Shown one piece after another: positions 14,074-26,580 of a stretch of 64,000 nucleotides of DNA. Location of the stretch: NCBI RefSeq assembly GCF_009914755.1, contig NC_060936.1; one strand, 5' to 3'. Each line of letters starts with the position of its first letter. Position 1 is the first letter of the stretch. Position numbers and translations under genes: made by a program. The DNA comes from the human T2T-CHM13v2.0 reference genome, Homo sapiens. The notes under the pieces were generated by a model. The model saw nothing but the letters and a program-made list of their open reading frames with translations, ran no database searches and was not told where the DNA came from.

Positions 14074-14423
14074 AGCATTATCATTGGATGATGCCTGCTT
14101 CACAGAAGGAGCTAGGGAGGAGTTTCTCCTCCTTAGGAATAGTTTCAGTAGAATTGGTACCAGCTTTTTTTTGTACATCTGGTAGAATTCGGCTGTGAAT
14201 CCAGGGCCTTATTTGGTTCATAGTTTTTCTATTATTATTATTACAGATTCAGTTTTGGAACTTGATATTGGCCTATTTAGAGTTTCAATTTATTCCCAAT
14301 TCAATCTGTGGAGATTGTATGTTTCTAAGAATTTACCCATTTCCTCTAGATTTTCTAGTTTTTGTGCATAGAAGTGTTTTGTAATAGTCTGAGGATCTTT
14401 TGTATTTCTGTGTATTCCTCAAT

Positions 14424-14938
14424 TGTGATAGAACATTGGATTGTCTTTTGTTAACTCAACATCATCTCCACCCCTGCTAGAAATCCCTCTAAATAAATTT
14501 CCCAACATCTTCTTCCCTATGTGGTTCTATGTTAACATCTGTCAATGAGAAACCATCTCACACTGTTTAGAAGATGTGACTAAAAGAGACAGTTGCAGGC
14601 AGACAAGTAGGCAGATGGCAGTTATATGATTTTCTGACAGTCTCCTGTGAAGCGCTCACTACAGTTTAGCTGAAACATATGATAGTAAATTTTTGTTAAT
14701 CACTTGAGTTGGTTCTGCAAATTAAGACAGTCAGTGGGAGGCTCCCAGAGGTTCTTAAATTCCCAGCAATTTCTAGGTGAAATCCACCTCGGAGTTCAAA
14801 TTGAGATTTTCTTTTCTGAATTCTGATTCCTCATCCTAGATAGCAGTTATATATGCCTCTAATTTCATGTGTTACAATTCTTTGTAAATAGAATATAGAA
14901 TGTTTTCCATTTTCTTGCCTGAAGCCTGACTGATATAC
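14424..14938 (+). mobile_element. Old ERVL-class LTR remnant
   Basis: TG start and typical ...aagcctgactgatataca end. Interior heavily diverged. Confidence 0.4.
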
Positions 14939-17016
14939 ATAGACAAGACTCAATATTTTCACTACCAAAAATTAGTCCCATTCAAAATTTGGTTCCGTTA
15001 TTTCTGGGAATACCTAAAATTGGATCTTAAGAGCATATAATAGATACAGTCACTGCAATGTATCATGTATGACACCCATAATCCCATTTTTATGCCTTGT
15101 AAAGACAATTGGAAAAGCTTAAGCACTGTCACTGCCCATGAAGACAAGGAATATTATCCATCCTGAAGAAGATTTTCATGTATGCTCTCACCACATATGT
15201 CATTTTCACCCAGAGAAAGGTAGAAGAGCCTCCTCCCTAGGTCTGAGACATGCTTTTCCACCGGAACTCTTTTTGTACCCAGAGTTTTACAAATCTCTCT
15301 GAACACTCTCATGAACTCATTCTCTAGAAATTTTTCCTTACAAGAATCTCACCAAATCTCTCATGAAAAAAAAAAACAGTTTTTTCCTTTAACCAGATGA
15401 CTTCATTTGCAGTACTGGATTGGGGAGACTCCATAATATCTGCATAGTCCTCCTCCATTCCATTTTCCCTCCCACCTACCCCCACCACAAAAATAAATTT
15501 GTTTCACCTGGTAACCAATGATCCTTTTATCATATTAACCAATGCAAACCTCACAGGATGTTAAAATGGTATTTTTCTTGTCTCCATTTTAGCTGAAGCA
15601 TAAAGACAATACACATACCTTCAAAAATGACATCATTTTACTGCAGTTTTAAAGTGGATAAAAGAAAAAATAATTCTTAACTCCATCATTTACATTGAGG
15701 ATAAAAAGATTCCTGGAAAATTTATAAAGAGGGTATTTGGAAGTGGTTATTGCTGTGTGGGAAGCTTCAGTCTGCTCCTTGTCAAGGTGAAGGGCTAGGA
15801 TTGGGTTTCCTTTTCTTCATCCAAGCCTAGCGTGGAGGCCATGAGGATCTGCACTGTAAACTTCCAAACTAAGAGCCCAGTTTCCGTATACTGAAATCTA
15901 TTGTGTTACCCTCAGGCAACAGCCTAGAATTAGAAGAATACTGTGGCCAACCCATTACAGATAAATATGGGACTTCTCTGATGGCCAGCTTTGGCTTACA
16001 AGTTCCTCCAACAGCCTTTGCTGAGCTTTCCTTAGACTGCACTGCAGTCTAGGACCCTTCCAACTTGGCTTCCTTCCTCTCTTTTTCACTAAGAGTCAGG
16101 CATTTATTGCAGGTTTGAAACTTTCTCAGCCTTCTCCAACTCCCTCCCATGTTATCTCACAGACATCTTTGTTAATAATATCCTTGCACATTTAATCCCC
16201 TCTTGGCATCTGCTTCTTGGAAGGTCCAAACTAATTTAGGTGGCAGTAGCAGCATAACAGATGGCTGACCTGACTTACCCACTGCCTGCCAGGTGAAGAT
16301 TCTGTCTTGGTAAGTGGGGCATGGCTAATCTCTGGAGCAAAGTGATGGCTCAATTGCTAAAACTATCACAACCAATGACAACCTGGGAAAATATCCCAGT
16401 GTATGGAAATTCTGTGGCAAGGGTAATGATGCAGGTACTTGAAAAATGGAGGGCTGCGGGGAGGTAACAAACAATGCATACAAAAATAATGGAGTTGACT
16501 GGTTACTGCTAAATTATGTTGACACCCTGCAGAAGGATAATGGGATTCTGAGGGCTTTTAGCAAGCAGTTTATGGCTAATTATGAAAGCCAGAAAGTCCC
16601 TGTGGTGGCTTATAAGGAGGTCAATATTTCCAACAGTAGAAGAATATATAGTTGAGCTGCAGGCTCAAGGCCTCATTAACAATGAACTCTGGAGCTTCTG
16701 AGATGTTTAAATGCTCACTAAATCAAGTCTGTTATGCAAAGTTTATCTACCTCCTAGAGAAAGCCTGAGATCTTGAAACATGGGACAAGTATATCTGGTT
16801 AAATGTCCTGAGTACATTGACTCTAACTCCCCTGGATCTTTGGGTCTTGCAGAAGTACCTCACTCTTCCCTAGTAAGTGCTAGTACTTCCACTTTCCCAA
16901 ATGGCAATAGATCTCTCCCTTCCTGGGAGCTGCTCTCACATCCTCTCTGGCTGCCAGGCTAATAACTAACATTAAATCTCTGTGTAACCTGGCTAGAAAT
17001 GTGCTAAGCCTGGTAT

Positions 17017-17724
17017 TGAGAGGTGAAGCTGGCTGGGCTTCTGGGTTGGGTGGGGACTTGAAGAACTTTTCTGTCTAGCTAAAGGATTGTAAACACACCA
17101 ATCAGTGCTCTGTGTCTAGCTAAAGGTTTGTAAATGCACCAATCAGCACTCTGTAAAAACACACCAATCAGCACTCTGTAAAAACGCACCAATCAGCGCT
17201 CTGTAAAATGGGCCAATCAGTGCTCTGTAAAATGGACCAATCAGTAGGACGTTGGTGGGCCAAATAAGGGAATAAAAGCTGGCCACCGAGTGCCAGCAGC
17301 AGCAACGCACTGGTGTCCCGTATCACGTTGTGGAAGCTTTGTCCTTTCGCTCTTCACAATAAATTTTGCTGCTGCTCACTCTTTGGGTCCACACTATGAG
17401 CTGTAACACTCACTGCAAAGGTCTGTGGCTTCACTCCTGAAGTCAGCAAGACCACGAGCCCACCAGGAGGAACAAACAACTCCAGAATCACCGCTTTTCA
17501 GAGCTCTAACACTCACTGCAAAGGTCTGTGGCTTCACTCCTGAAGTCAAGTGAGACCACGAACCCACCGGAAGGAAGAAACTCTGGACACATCTGAACAT
17601 CTGAAGGAACAAACTCCGGACATACCATCTTTAAGAACTGTAACACTCACCATGAGGGTCCGTGGCTTCATTCTTGAAGTCAGCGAGACCAAGAACCCAC
17701 CAGAAGGAACCAATTCTGGACACA
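17017..17724 (+). mobile_element. LTR12 (HERV9) solo LTR
   Basis: Termini tgagaggtgaagctggctgggcttctggg and gaaggaaccaattctggacaca. Perfect 4-bp TSD gtat (17013-17016 / 17725-17728). U3 and U5 tandem repeats. Confidence 0.95.
17098..17276 (+). promoter_or_regulatory. LTR12 U3 CCAAT-box array and AATAAA-type TATA box (candidate NF-Y promoter)
   Basis: CCAATCAG at 17098, 17139, 17164, 17189, 17213 and 17237, then aataaa at 17271-17276. NF-Y binding of LTR12 is established for the family. Activity of this copy is unknown. Confidence 0.6.
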
Positions 17725-18243
17725 GTATGGGATGTAATAAACTATACATTTAAAGCATTGCAAAAATTAGCACATATTTACCAATAAGTGATAACAGGGC
17801 CCTCCTGGCATTGGATTTTGAAGATTCTTTATCAAAGGGGCCAGATGTAAGACTGGATACACAAAAAAGTCATTGATTTCAGAGCACTTTCTTAGGACAC
17901 AGGACTCAACAGCCTAGCAAAGATCCCAGGGGATGGAATAAACTGTCAGGTTATTATAGAATTGCTAATTAAAATGCTCACATTCATGGGGATAATGGGC
18001 CCCCAAATAATAGAAGCCAGGAGGCTGCAATTACCATAATCATCAGTAAACCTGATATGTTTCCCTTCTGTTTGGAAGGTGAGTAGACTGATGTCTTACT
18101 CCCTATGAAAAATCTAAATGGCAAGAGAATGGTTGGCTAGGATATGATGGATAAGCTGAAAGAGAGGTAACTTAATTGGGCAGGCTACACAAATAGAGCT
18201 TGTTATAACAATAAAACACGAATATTTTCTATTGACTAGGTGT

Positions 18244-18284
18244 GGAGACAGAGCGAGACTCCGTCTCAAAAAAAAAAAAAAAAA
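18244..18284 (+). mobile_element. Extreme 3' Alu stub (young, CpGs intact) plus A17
   Basis: gacagagcgagactccgtctc followed by an uninterrupted A tail. Confidence 0.85.
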
Positions 18285-18479
18285 CAAGCAGTCAACTAGG
18301 TTTACAGTTGAGATGGGAGAGGAACCATAAGATTATGGTATCCTGAAGATATAGAAATAGAGGCTTGAATAAGATATATTAGTTTTGTTATATTTGTATT
18401 AGGCTATGTTATATACCAATATATGGTTTGTGAGTTAAACAAGTAAAACATAATATGTTTTATTAAAAATGAAATTAGA

Positions 18480-21465
18480 AGAGCTTCAAGATGGCTGAGT
18501 AGAGACATCCAGCACTCGTCTCCTCCACAAAGAACCAAAACAGCAAGTAGTTAATCACACTTTGAATGGAGAATCTAGAGAGAATATTGGAGTTCAGTAG
18601 AGAGATGATGGGCAACACAGGGCACAGGAGGAGAGAGAAGCAAGGCAGACACCTCCTCCAGGATTGGCTGCAAGACAAGAGAGGCTCCCCAGTGCAGGGA
18701 AGGGTGAGGGAGAGATCCCCATGGTCTACATTCCCACCATGAAATCCTGAAGCCCTAGCCCTATACCATTATGGGCCCTGAGACTACCAAAAGGAGCTGC
18801 CTGGAGATCAAGCAATGGCATTGCTACAGAGAAGGCTCTCACCCTTCCTTCCCACCACCACCCTACTGTCCCAGGCTTAAACAGCTGCAGCATGTCATCA
18901 TTTTGAGAGCAGACTGCATCATGCCCTGGGGCACAGGAACCCCTGCATCTACACTCCCTGGAGTCACTGACATCTCCCCGTTTCCAAAGGTGGGGCTGCA
19001 GTGGTGCAACGCCAGCTGGATCCAGTGAAGTGGCAGGGTCCCCAGTACTCTAGCACACACAGCCTCTCCTGCACCTGGGGAACAAGTTCTGCAGCACACC
19101 AGAAAGACTACATTTGGGACAAAGGGAGCCAAAGCACATACTCCCCAGAGCCTGAAGACAGCTTGCCTTGGGAGGCCAAAGACAGCAACCCTGACCCCAC
19201 AGTAGCAGAGCACATGCCCTTAGTACAGGGCTCTGCTATCACCTGATAGTGTTGCTTCTTCTACCCTTAGAGGCTGAAATGCATGCCACTGGGAGTGACC
19301 CTACCCACTTTGGCAGCAGGGCTGTTGTGTACTTGCACGTACCCTAAGGAATGGCTTTCTCTGATGCTGATGCTGCCACTGCCACTGCCACTGCCACTGT
19401 CACTAAGGACTAACGTGCATGCTACCCAAAGCCTGAGAACCTCCTGCTTACAGCTGTGATCAATAACAGAAATCCCAACCACTTCATTCTAGAAGGCCAG
19501 TGTTACTCTAATACTAAAACCAGACAAGGAAACAAGAAAATAAAATGATAGACTAATGTCCCTGATGAACATAAATGCAAAGTCGTCCACAAAATACATC
19601 AAATCCAACAGCATAATACACCATGATCGAATGAGATTTATCCCAAGAATCCAAGGATAGTTCAATATAGGCAAATCAATAAATGTGATACATCAAATCA
19701 ACAAAATGAAAGACAAAAAACACATGAGCACCTCAATTGACACAAAAAAAGCATGTGATAAAATTCAACATCTGTTCGTGATGAAAACGCTCAACAAAGA
19801 AGACATAGAAGGAACATACCTCAATATAATAAAGACCATGTGTGACAAATCCACACGTAACCTCATACTGCATGAGGAAACACTGAACACTTTCCTCTAC
19901 AAACTGCAACAAAACAAGGATGCTTACTTTCACCACTCCTAGTCAACATACTGTACTGGAAGTCTTAGCCAAAGGTATCAGGCAACAGAAAGAAATAAAA
20001 GGCATCCAAATTGGAAAAGAGAACATCAAATTGTCCCTCTTTGCAGATGATATAATCTTATATTTAGAAAAACCTAAAGACTCCACCAAAAAATTACTAG
20101 ATTTAATAAACAAATTCAATAAAATTGCAGGATACAAAAATCAACATACAAAAATCAGTACCAATTCAATACACCAATAATGAAATGGCTGATAAAAATA
20201 AAGCAATCCCATTTACTATAGTTACAAAAACAATAAAATACCTAGGAATAAATTTAACCAAGGAGGTGAAAGACCTCTAGAAAACTACAAAACACTGATG
20301 AAAGAAATAGAAGACATAAACAAATGGAAAAACATAACATGCTCATGAATCAAAAAACTAATATTGTTAAAATGACAGTACTACCCAAAGAAATCTACAA
20401 ATTCAGTGCAATCCCTATCAAAATATCAATGTCATTTTTAACAGAATTAGAGAAAAAGTCCTAAAATTTGTATGGAACCACAAAAAAAGAAGAAAAAAAA
20501 ATAAAGAACCCAAACAGCCAAAGCAATCCCGAACTGGAGCTATTCAAAGCTGAAGGCATCACACTACCTGACTTCAAAATATAGTACGAGGCTATAGTAA
20601 CCAAAACTGCATGGAATTGGTGTAAAAACAGATAAACTGACCACTTGAACAGACAAACATTTAGGAAATAAATCCATGTATTTACAGCAAACTGATTTTA
20701 AACAAGGGTGCCAAGAACATACACTGGGTAATGGAGAGCTTATCCAATAAATAGTGTGGGAAAAGTAGATATCCATGTGCAGAAAATGAAACTAAATGCC
20801 TATCTCTCACAATGCACAGAAATCAACTCAAAATGTATTAAAGCATTAAACATAAGACCTGAAAATACAAAATTAGAAGAAAATGTAAATACTACAGGAC
20901 AAAGATTTTATGACTAAGATCTCAAAAGCACAAGCAACAAAAACAAAAATAGATAAATGGGACTATTTTAAGTTAAAAAGCTTCTGGACAGAAAAGAAAC
21001 AACCAATAGAATGGAGAGACAACCTGTTAAATGGGAGAAAATATTTGTGAACTACTTATCTGACAAGAATGTCAGAATATACAAGGATATCCAGAATATA
21101 CAAGGAAATCAAACAACTCAACAGCAAAAAACCCAACAGCAATAAACAGTCTCATTAAAAAGTGAGCAAAGGACATGAATAGACATTTTTCAAAAGAATA
21201 CAAATGGCCAATGTGTATATGAAAAAATGCTGTATGAAAAAAACGCACATCATCACTAATCAGGGAAATGAAAATCAAAACTACAATGAGATATTATCTT
21301 ACCCCAGTTGGCATGACTGCTATCAAAAAGACAAACAAAAAACACATGATGGCAAGGATACAGAGAAAAGGGAACTCTTACACATTGTTGGTGGGAATGT
21401 AAATTATTACAGCCCTTATGGAAAACAGTATGGAGATTTCTCAAAAACTAAAAATAGAACTACCA
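18480..21465 (+). mobile_element. L1MA/L1PB-type element: 5'UTR joined directly to mid-ORF2, 3' end missing
   Basis: Starts gagcttcaagatggctgagtagag, then GC-rich 5'UTR to about 19465, then ORF2 RT ([11 protein letters not shown]...[12 protein letters not shown]) to aatagaactacca. Confidence 0.85.
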
Positions 21466-21901
21466 CAATGAGCACAAAGTAATTATTTTCATTATAAAGT
21501 TGAAAAAGTTCATCATTAAACACAGAAAAGAACCTAGTTTATAGGGCATCTTTCAAGGTTGCCATTCTCATAGCAAAAAAAGAAAAAAGTATTAATGCTG
21601 AGAAACATGCCAAATGATGTAAAGGCAAACATGCTCAGGGAAAAAGCAGAATAAACATTTGGCAAAATTATTTAATAAATGGTATTTGTTCTTGTGGCAT
21701 AATATGTAAGAAATGCAATGTGAAAGAGGCATCTATTTCTATGTCTGTGCAATAGCTTTACAAATTGATATATTTGTTGAATTTGGAATATAAATCAAGC
21801 CTTGATGTATGTGAGAAAGGAGCCCTCAACCACTTGTTTTCTTGTGTATTAAAAACTTATGCCCATGCCAAAATGGAAGACTTAAAAAAATACTGAATTA
21901 A

Positions 21902-22298
21902 TGCTATGGACTGAATAGTGTATCCTAAAAATTCATACGTTGAAGCCCTAAGCCCACGTGTGACTGTACGTGGGGATAGGATCTTTTGGAGATAATTAAG
22001 GTTAAATGAAATCGTAAGGGTAGGATCTTAATCCATTTGGACTGTGCAATAACAAGAAGAGAAAGATAGCTCCTCTCTACCCCCAACCTCTGCCTCTCCA
22101 TGTGAGGACACAATGAGAAGATAGCAGGCTGCAAGCCAGGAAGAGAGTCTTCATCAGAACACAATCATGTTGCCACCCTGATTTCACACTGTGGCAACAT
22201 GAAACTGTTGCCTCCAGAACTGTTAGAAAATTAATTTCTGTTATTTAAACCACCTAGTCCACGGGATTCTGTTATGGCAGCTCTAGCTGACTAAGATA
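21902..22298 (+). mobile_element. MLT1A/A0 MaLR solo LTR
   Basis: tgctatggactgaat...ttatggcagctctagctgactaagata. TSD attaa / attac. Confidence 0.88.
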
Positions 22299-22789
22299 AT
22301 TACTATTAACTTTTAAGAGAGAGCTGGTCTAGAGAGTTTTGGTTATATGAACATGGATAGCAATGGTTTTATTGAGTGAATAAGAAAAGTAGCATCTGAA
22401 AGCCAGTCCACTAATAGTTTTAGCTACAGAAAATTGTTAATAGTAAATAATATGCCTCCTGATTTTGAGTCAGTATTGAATAAAAACGTAAAACTTGTGA
22501 CTTTAAAAATTACAGCTACAAAATATACATCCTTTTGAGATGATGTCCCAAGAAAGAGCAAGTAGACACATTCTGTATTTTCACACTAAAAACACTGACC
22601 AGTGATGACTTCCAATACTTCAAAACAATTCTTTTTAAATTGAAAATATTTACAATAAATATCTTCGTAAAATATCAGTATAGCTAATTCTATAATTTCA
22701 AGTGAATTTCCTCAATTACACTTTAACAAAATAGTCAATGTTTTCATTAGTATAAATATATCACTTCAGGATCAAATATCACATTTAAA

Positions 22790-25065
22790 AAAAAATGAGA
22801 AGACAAACTGCAAACTTGGAGAAAATGTTTGGGAAAGACATATTTGATAAAGACCGTCATCTAAAATATACAAAGAAGTCTTCAGACTGAACAATAAGAA
22901 AATGAAGAAACCAATTAAAAAATGGGCAAAAAAACCTAGATACACAACTCACCAAAGAAGACATAAGGATGGTTTTAGGTCTTACATTTAAGTCTTTAAT
23001 CCATCTTGAGTTAATTTTTGTATAAGGTGTAAGGGAGGAGTCCAGTTTCAGTTTTCTGCATATGGCTAGCCAATTTTCCCAACACCATTTATTAAATAGG
23101 CAATCCTTTCCCCATTTCTTGTTTTTGTCAGGTTTGTCAAAGAACAGATGGTTGTAGATGCATGATGTTATTTCTGAGGCCTCTGTTCTGTTCCATTGGT
23201 CTATATCTCTGTTTTGGTACCTGGACCATGCTGTTTTGGTTACTGTAGCCTTGTAGTAAAGTTTGAAGTCAGGTAGCGTGATGCCTCCAGCTTTGTTCTT
23301 TTCAGTTAGGATTGTCTTGGGTATACAGGTTATTTTTTGGTTCCATATGAAATTTAAAGTAGTTTTTTCTAATTCTCTGAAGAAAGTCAATGATAGCTTG
23401 ATGGGGATAGCAATGAATCCATAATTACTTTGGGCAGTGTGGCCATTTTCATGATATTGATTCTTTCTTTCCATGAGCATGGAATGTTTTTCCATTTGTT
23501 TGTGTCCTCTTATTTCCTTGAGCAGTGGTTTGTAGTTCTCCCTGAAGAGGTCCTTTACATCCCTTGTAAGTTGTATTTCTAGGTATTTTATTCTCTTTGT
23601 AACAATTGTGAATGGGAGTTAACTCATGATTTGGCTCTCTGTCTATTATCAGCGTATAGGAATGCTTGTGATTTGCACACATTGATTTTGTATCCTGAGA
23701 CTTTGCTGAAGTTGCTTATCAGCTTAAAGAAATTTGCAGCTGAGATGATGGGGTTTTCTAAATATACAATCATGTCACCTGCAAACAGAAACAATTTGAC
23801 TTCCTCTTTTCCTAATTGAACACCCTTTATTTCTTTCTCTTGCCTGATTGCCCTGGCCAGAACTTCCAATACTATGTTGAATAGGAGTGGTCTGAAGAAA
23901 ACCTAGGCAATGCCATTCAGGACATAGGCATGAGCAAAGACTTCATGACTAAAACACCAAAAGCAATGGCAACAAAAGCTGAAATTGACAAATGGGACCT
24001 AATTAAACTAAAGAGCCTATGCACAGCAAAAGAAACTCATCAGAATGAACAGGAAACTTAAAGAATGGGAGAAAAATTTTGTAATCTATCCATCTGACAA
24101 AGGGCTAATATCCAGAATCTACAAAACCTAAAAAAATTTACAAGAAAAATAAACCATCAAAAAGTGGGCAAAGGATATCAACAGACACTTTTCAAAAGAA
24201 GACATTTATGCAGCCAACAAACATATGAAAAAATGATCATCATCACTGGTCATTAGAGAAATGCAAATTAAAATCACAGTGAGATACCATCTCACACCAG
24301 TTAGAATGGCGATCATTAAGAAGTCAGGAAAGAACAGATGCTGACAAGGACGTGGAGAAATAGAAACACTTTTATACTGTTGATGGGAGTGTAAATTAAT
24401 TCAACAATTGTGGAAGACAGTGTGGCAATTGTTCAAGGATCTAGAACCAGAAATACCATTTGACCCAGTAATCCCATTACTGAGTATATACCCAAAGGAT
24501 TACAAATCATTCTGCTATAAAGACAAATGCACACATATGTTTATTGCAGCACTATTCACAATAGCAAAGACTTGGAGCCAACCCAAATACCATCAGTGAT
24601 AGACTAGATAAAGAAAATGTGACATATACACCATGGAATACTATGCAGCCATAAAAAAAGATGAGTTCACGTCCTTTGCAGGGACATGGATGAAGCTGGA
24701 AACCATCCTTCTCAGCAAACTAACACAGAAACAAAGCCAAACACCACATGTTCTCACTCATAAGTGGGAACTGAACAATGAGAACACATGGACATGGACA
24801 TAGGATCAGAACATCACACACTGGGGCCTGTCAGGAGGTGGGGATCTAGGGGAGGGATAGCATTAGGAGAAGTACCTAATGTAGATGATGGGTTGATGGG
24901 TGCAGCAAACCCCCATAGCACGGTATACCTATATAACAAACCTGCAAGTTCTGCACATGTATCCTAGAACTTAAAGTATAATTTTTAAAAAGATATTCAG
25001 ATGGCAAATAAGCATATAAAAAGATGCTCCCCATCATATGTCATCAGGAAAAAGCAAATTAAAAT
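22790..25065 (+). mobile_element. Old L1M ORF2 fragment (22790-22970 and 24990-25065) hosting a younger L1PA
   Basis: caccaaagaagacataaggatgg on the left continues as aagatattcagatggcaaataagcatataaaaagatgctc on the right. Confidence 0.75.
22968..24990 (+). mobile_element. L1PA6-8-like, 5'-inverted (twin-primed): 22968-23891 antisense, 23892-24990 sense
   Basis: Antisense ORF2 ([16 protein letters not shown] frame) abuts sense gaagaaaacctaggc. 3'UTR ends agaacttaaagtataat. Degenerate TSD aagacataaggatgg / aagatattcagatgg. Confidence 0.93.
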
Positions 25066-25866
25066 TTATTATCCTTATTATTTATGTATTGATTTGGTAA
25101 GATATTGCTTTAAAAAAAGTTATTAGACTATAAGTGCCCCCAACACTTATATATGTTGCCTCAATGTTCAAAGCTTATCTTTTTTTTAGCAAGTTGATTT
25201 GTGTCTTAACTTTAATTCTATGCTAATTAGAAAATCTAAGAAAATAACTAAAAGAAAGGACAATTTACCCAGTCCATCAGTGGTAGTCATGGCAGGAAAC
25301 AGAATGCACAAACTAATTATTGCAAAGAGTTTAATGGAGAAAGTGTTCATAAACATGTGTTCAGGTTTGTAGGAATCCATTAAAGGATCGTGAAATATCC
25401 TGAGACAAGTGGCATCATTTGTTAATACTGCTAGGACTGAGAAGTCCAGGAGAGCTGAAAAGAACACAGCTAGCAAGATAACTAACTCTAGGAGCTGGAC
25501 CTCTTAACAAGACTTGTTTGGTCTTTGGTAGAAGAACATAGCCTCTTCCAACCCCAGTACAAGCAAGAGAGGAGCAGAGCCAGGGGAATATACATGGAGG
25601 ACCTCTTCTTTCTCCAGGATTATGATCTGCTTGTGACTGTTGATTTGCAGAACCCAACTAGAAGTCAAAGGGCAAGGAGCCTTTGTGTAGTTGTGGTACA
25701 TATAGGCCAAGTCTCTGAGGTATGGATCAAAGAGGTGAGGGGTGTGATATGTGTAGACAAACATGTTGTTGGGGGCAGATACACACACACAGCTACTCTG
25801 ATGAAAACTCTACAAAATCTGGAAAATAACTGAATTTAAAAATCAAGAAATTAATTAAGAAATTAA

Positions 25867-26183
<317 letters not shown>

Positions 26184-26379
26184 TTATTAGATGAATTGTT
26201 CAAGGTTACACAAAAATTGACCTCTAAATACATTTAACTATTTGTCTAGCATAATTCTCAGCATTTGTTGACATCTCAAAGAGATAGAAAAATTAGGAGG
26301 AATCATGGTCTATTTAAAAACATTGTAAGCCAGAGGGTATAAGAAAGTCAAAGCAGGAGATCTATGGCCTTATTTTTAC

Positions 26380-26580
26380 CAGAGAATATGAGAGAGAGAG
26401 AATATGAGAGAGAGAGAGAATATGAGAGAGAGAGAGAATATGAGAGAGAGAGAGAGAATATGACAGAGAGAGAGAATAAGAGAGGGAGAGAGAATAGCAG
26501 AGAGAGAGAATGAGAGAGAGAATAAGAGAGAGAGAGAATGAGAGAGAGTGAGAATAAGAGAGAGGGAGGATGAGAATGGA
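26380..26580 (+). repeat. GA-rich compound tandem repeat, units GAATAT(GA)n degrading rightward
   Basis: Directly visible repeated gaatatgagagagagaga units of 16-20 bp. Confidence 0.92.

Larger units (their letters stand above)
10679..14412 (-). mobile_element. 5'-truncated L1 (L1PB/L1PA15-16-like) containing two Alus and a templated insertion
   Basis: Antisense 3'UTR (ttttattttagatt, gatgctgaggtttgg) and ORF2 (KNYKTLLKEI frame). 12-bp TSD tattccccaatt (10667-10678) / tattcctcaatt (14413-14424). Confidence 0.9.
15734..18050 (+). mobile_element. ERVL-class LTR (LTR16/MER54-like, about 15734-16240) followed by gag-like internal remnant, split by LTR12
   Basis: LTR end catctgcttcttggaaggtccaaactaa. 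ORF 16446-16655 (GVDWLLLNYVDTLQKDNGILR) resembles decayed ERVL gag. Similar sequence resumes after 17728. Confidence 0.55.

Noticed and set aside
17090-17700. Regularly spaced repeats superficially like a CRISPR array
   Set aside because: No unique spacers. These are the native LTR12 U3 and U5 tandem repeats in a primate genome.
22857-23869. 212-aa and neighbouring minus-strand ORFs
   Set aside because: Frameshifted L1 ORF2 fragments from the inverted arm.
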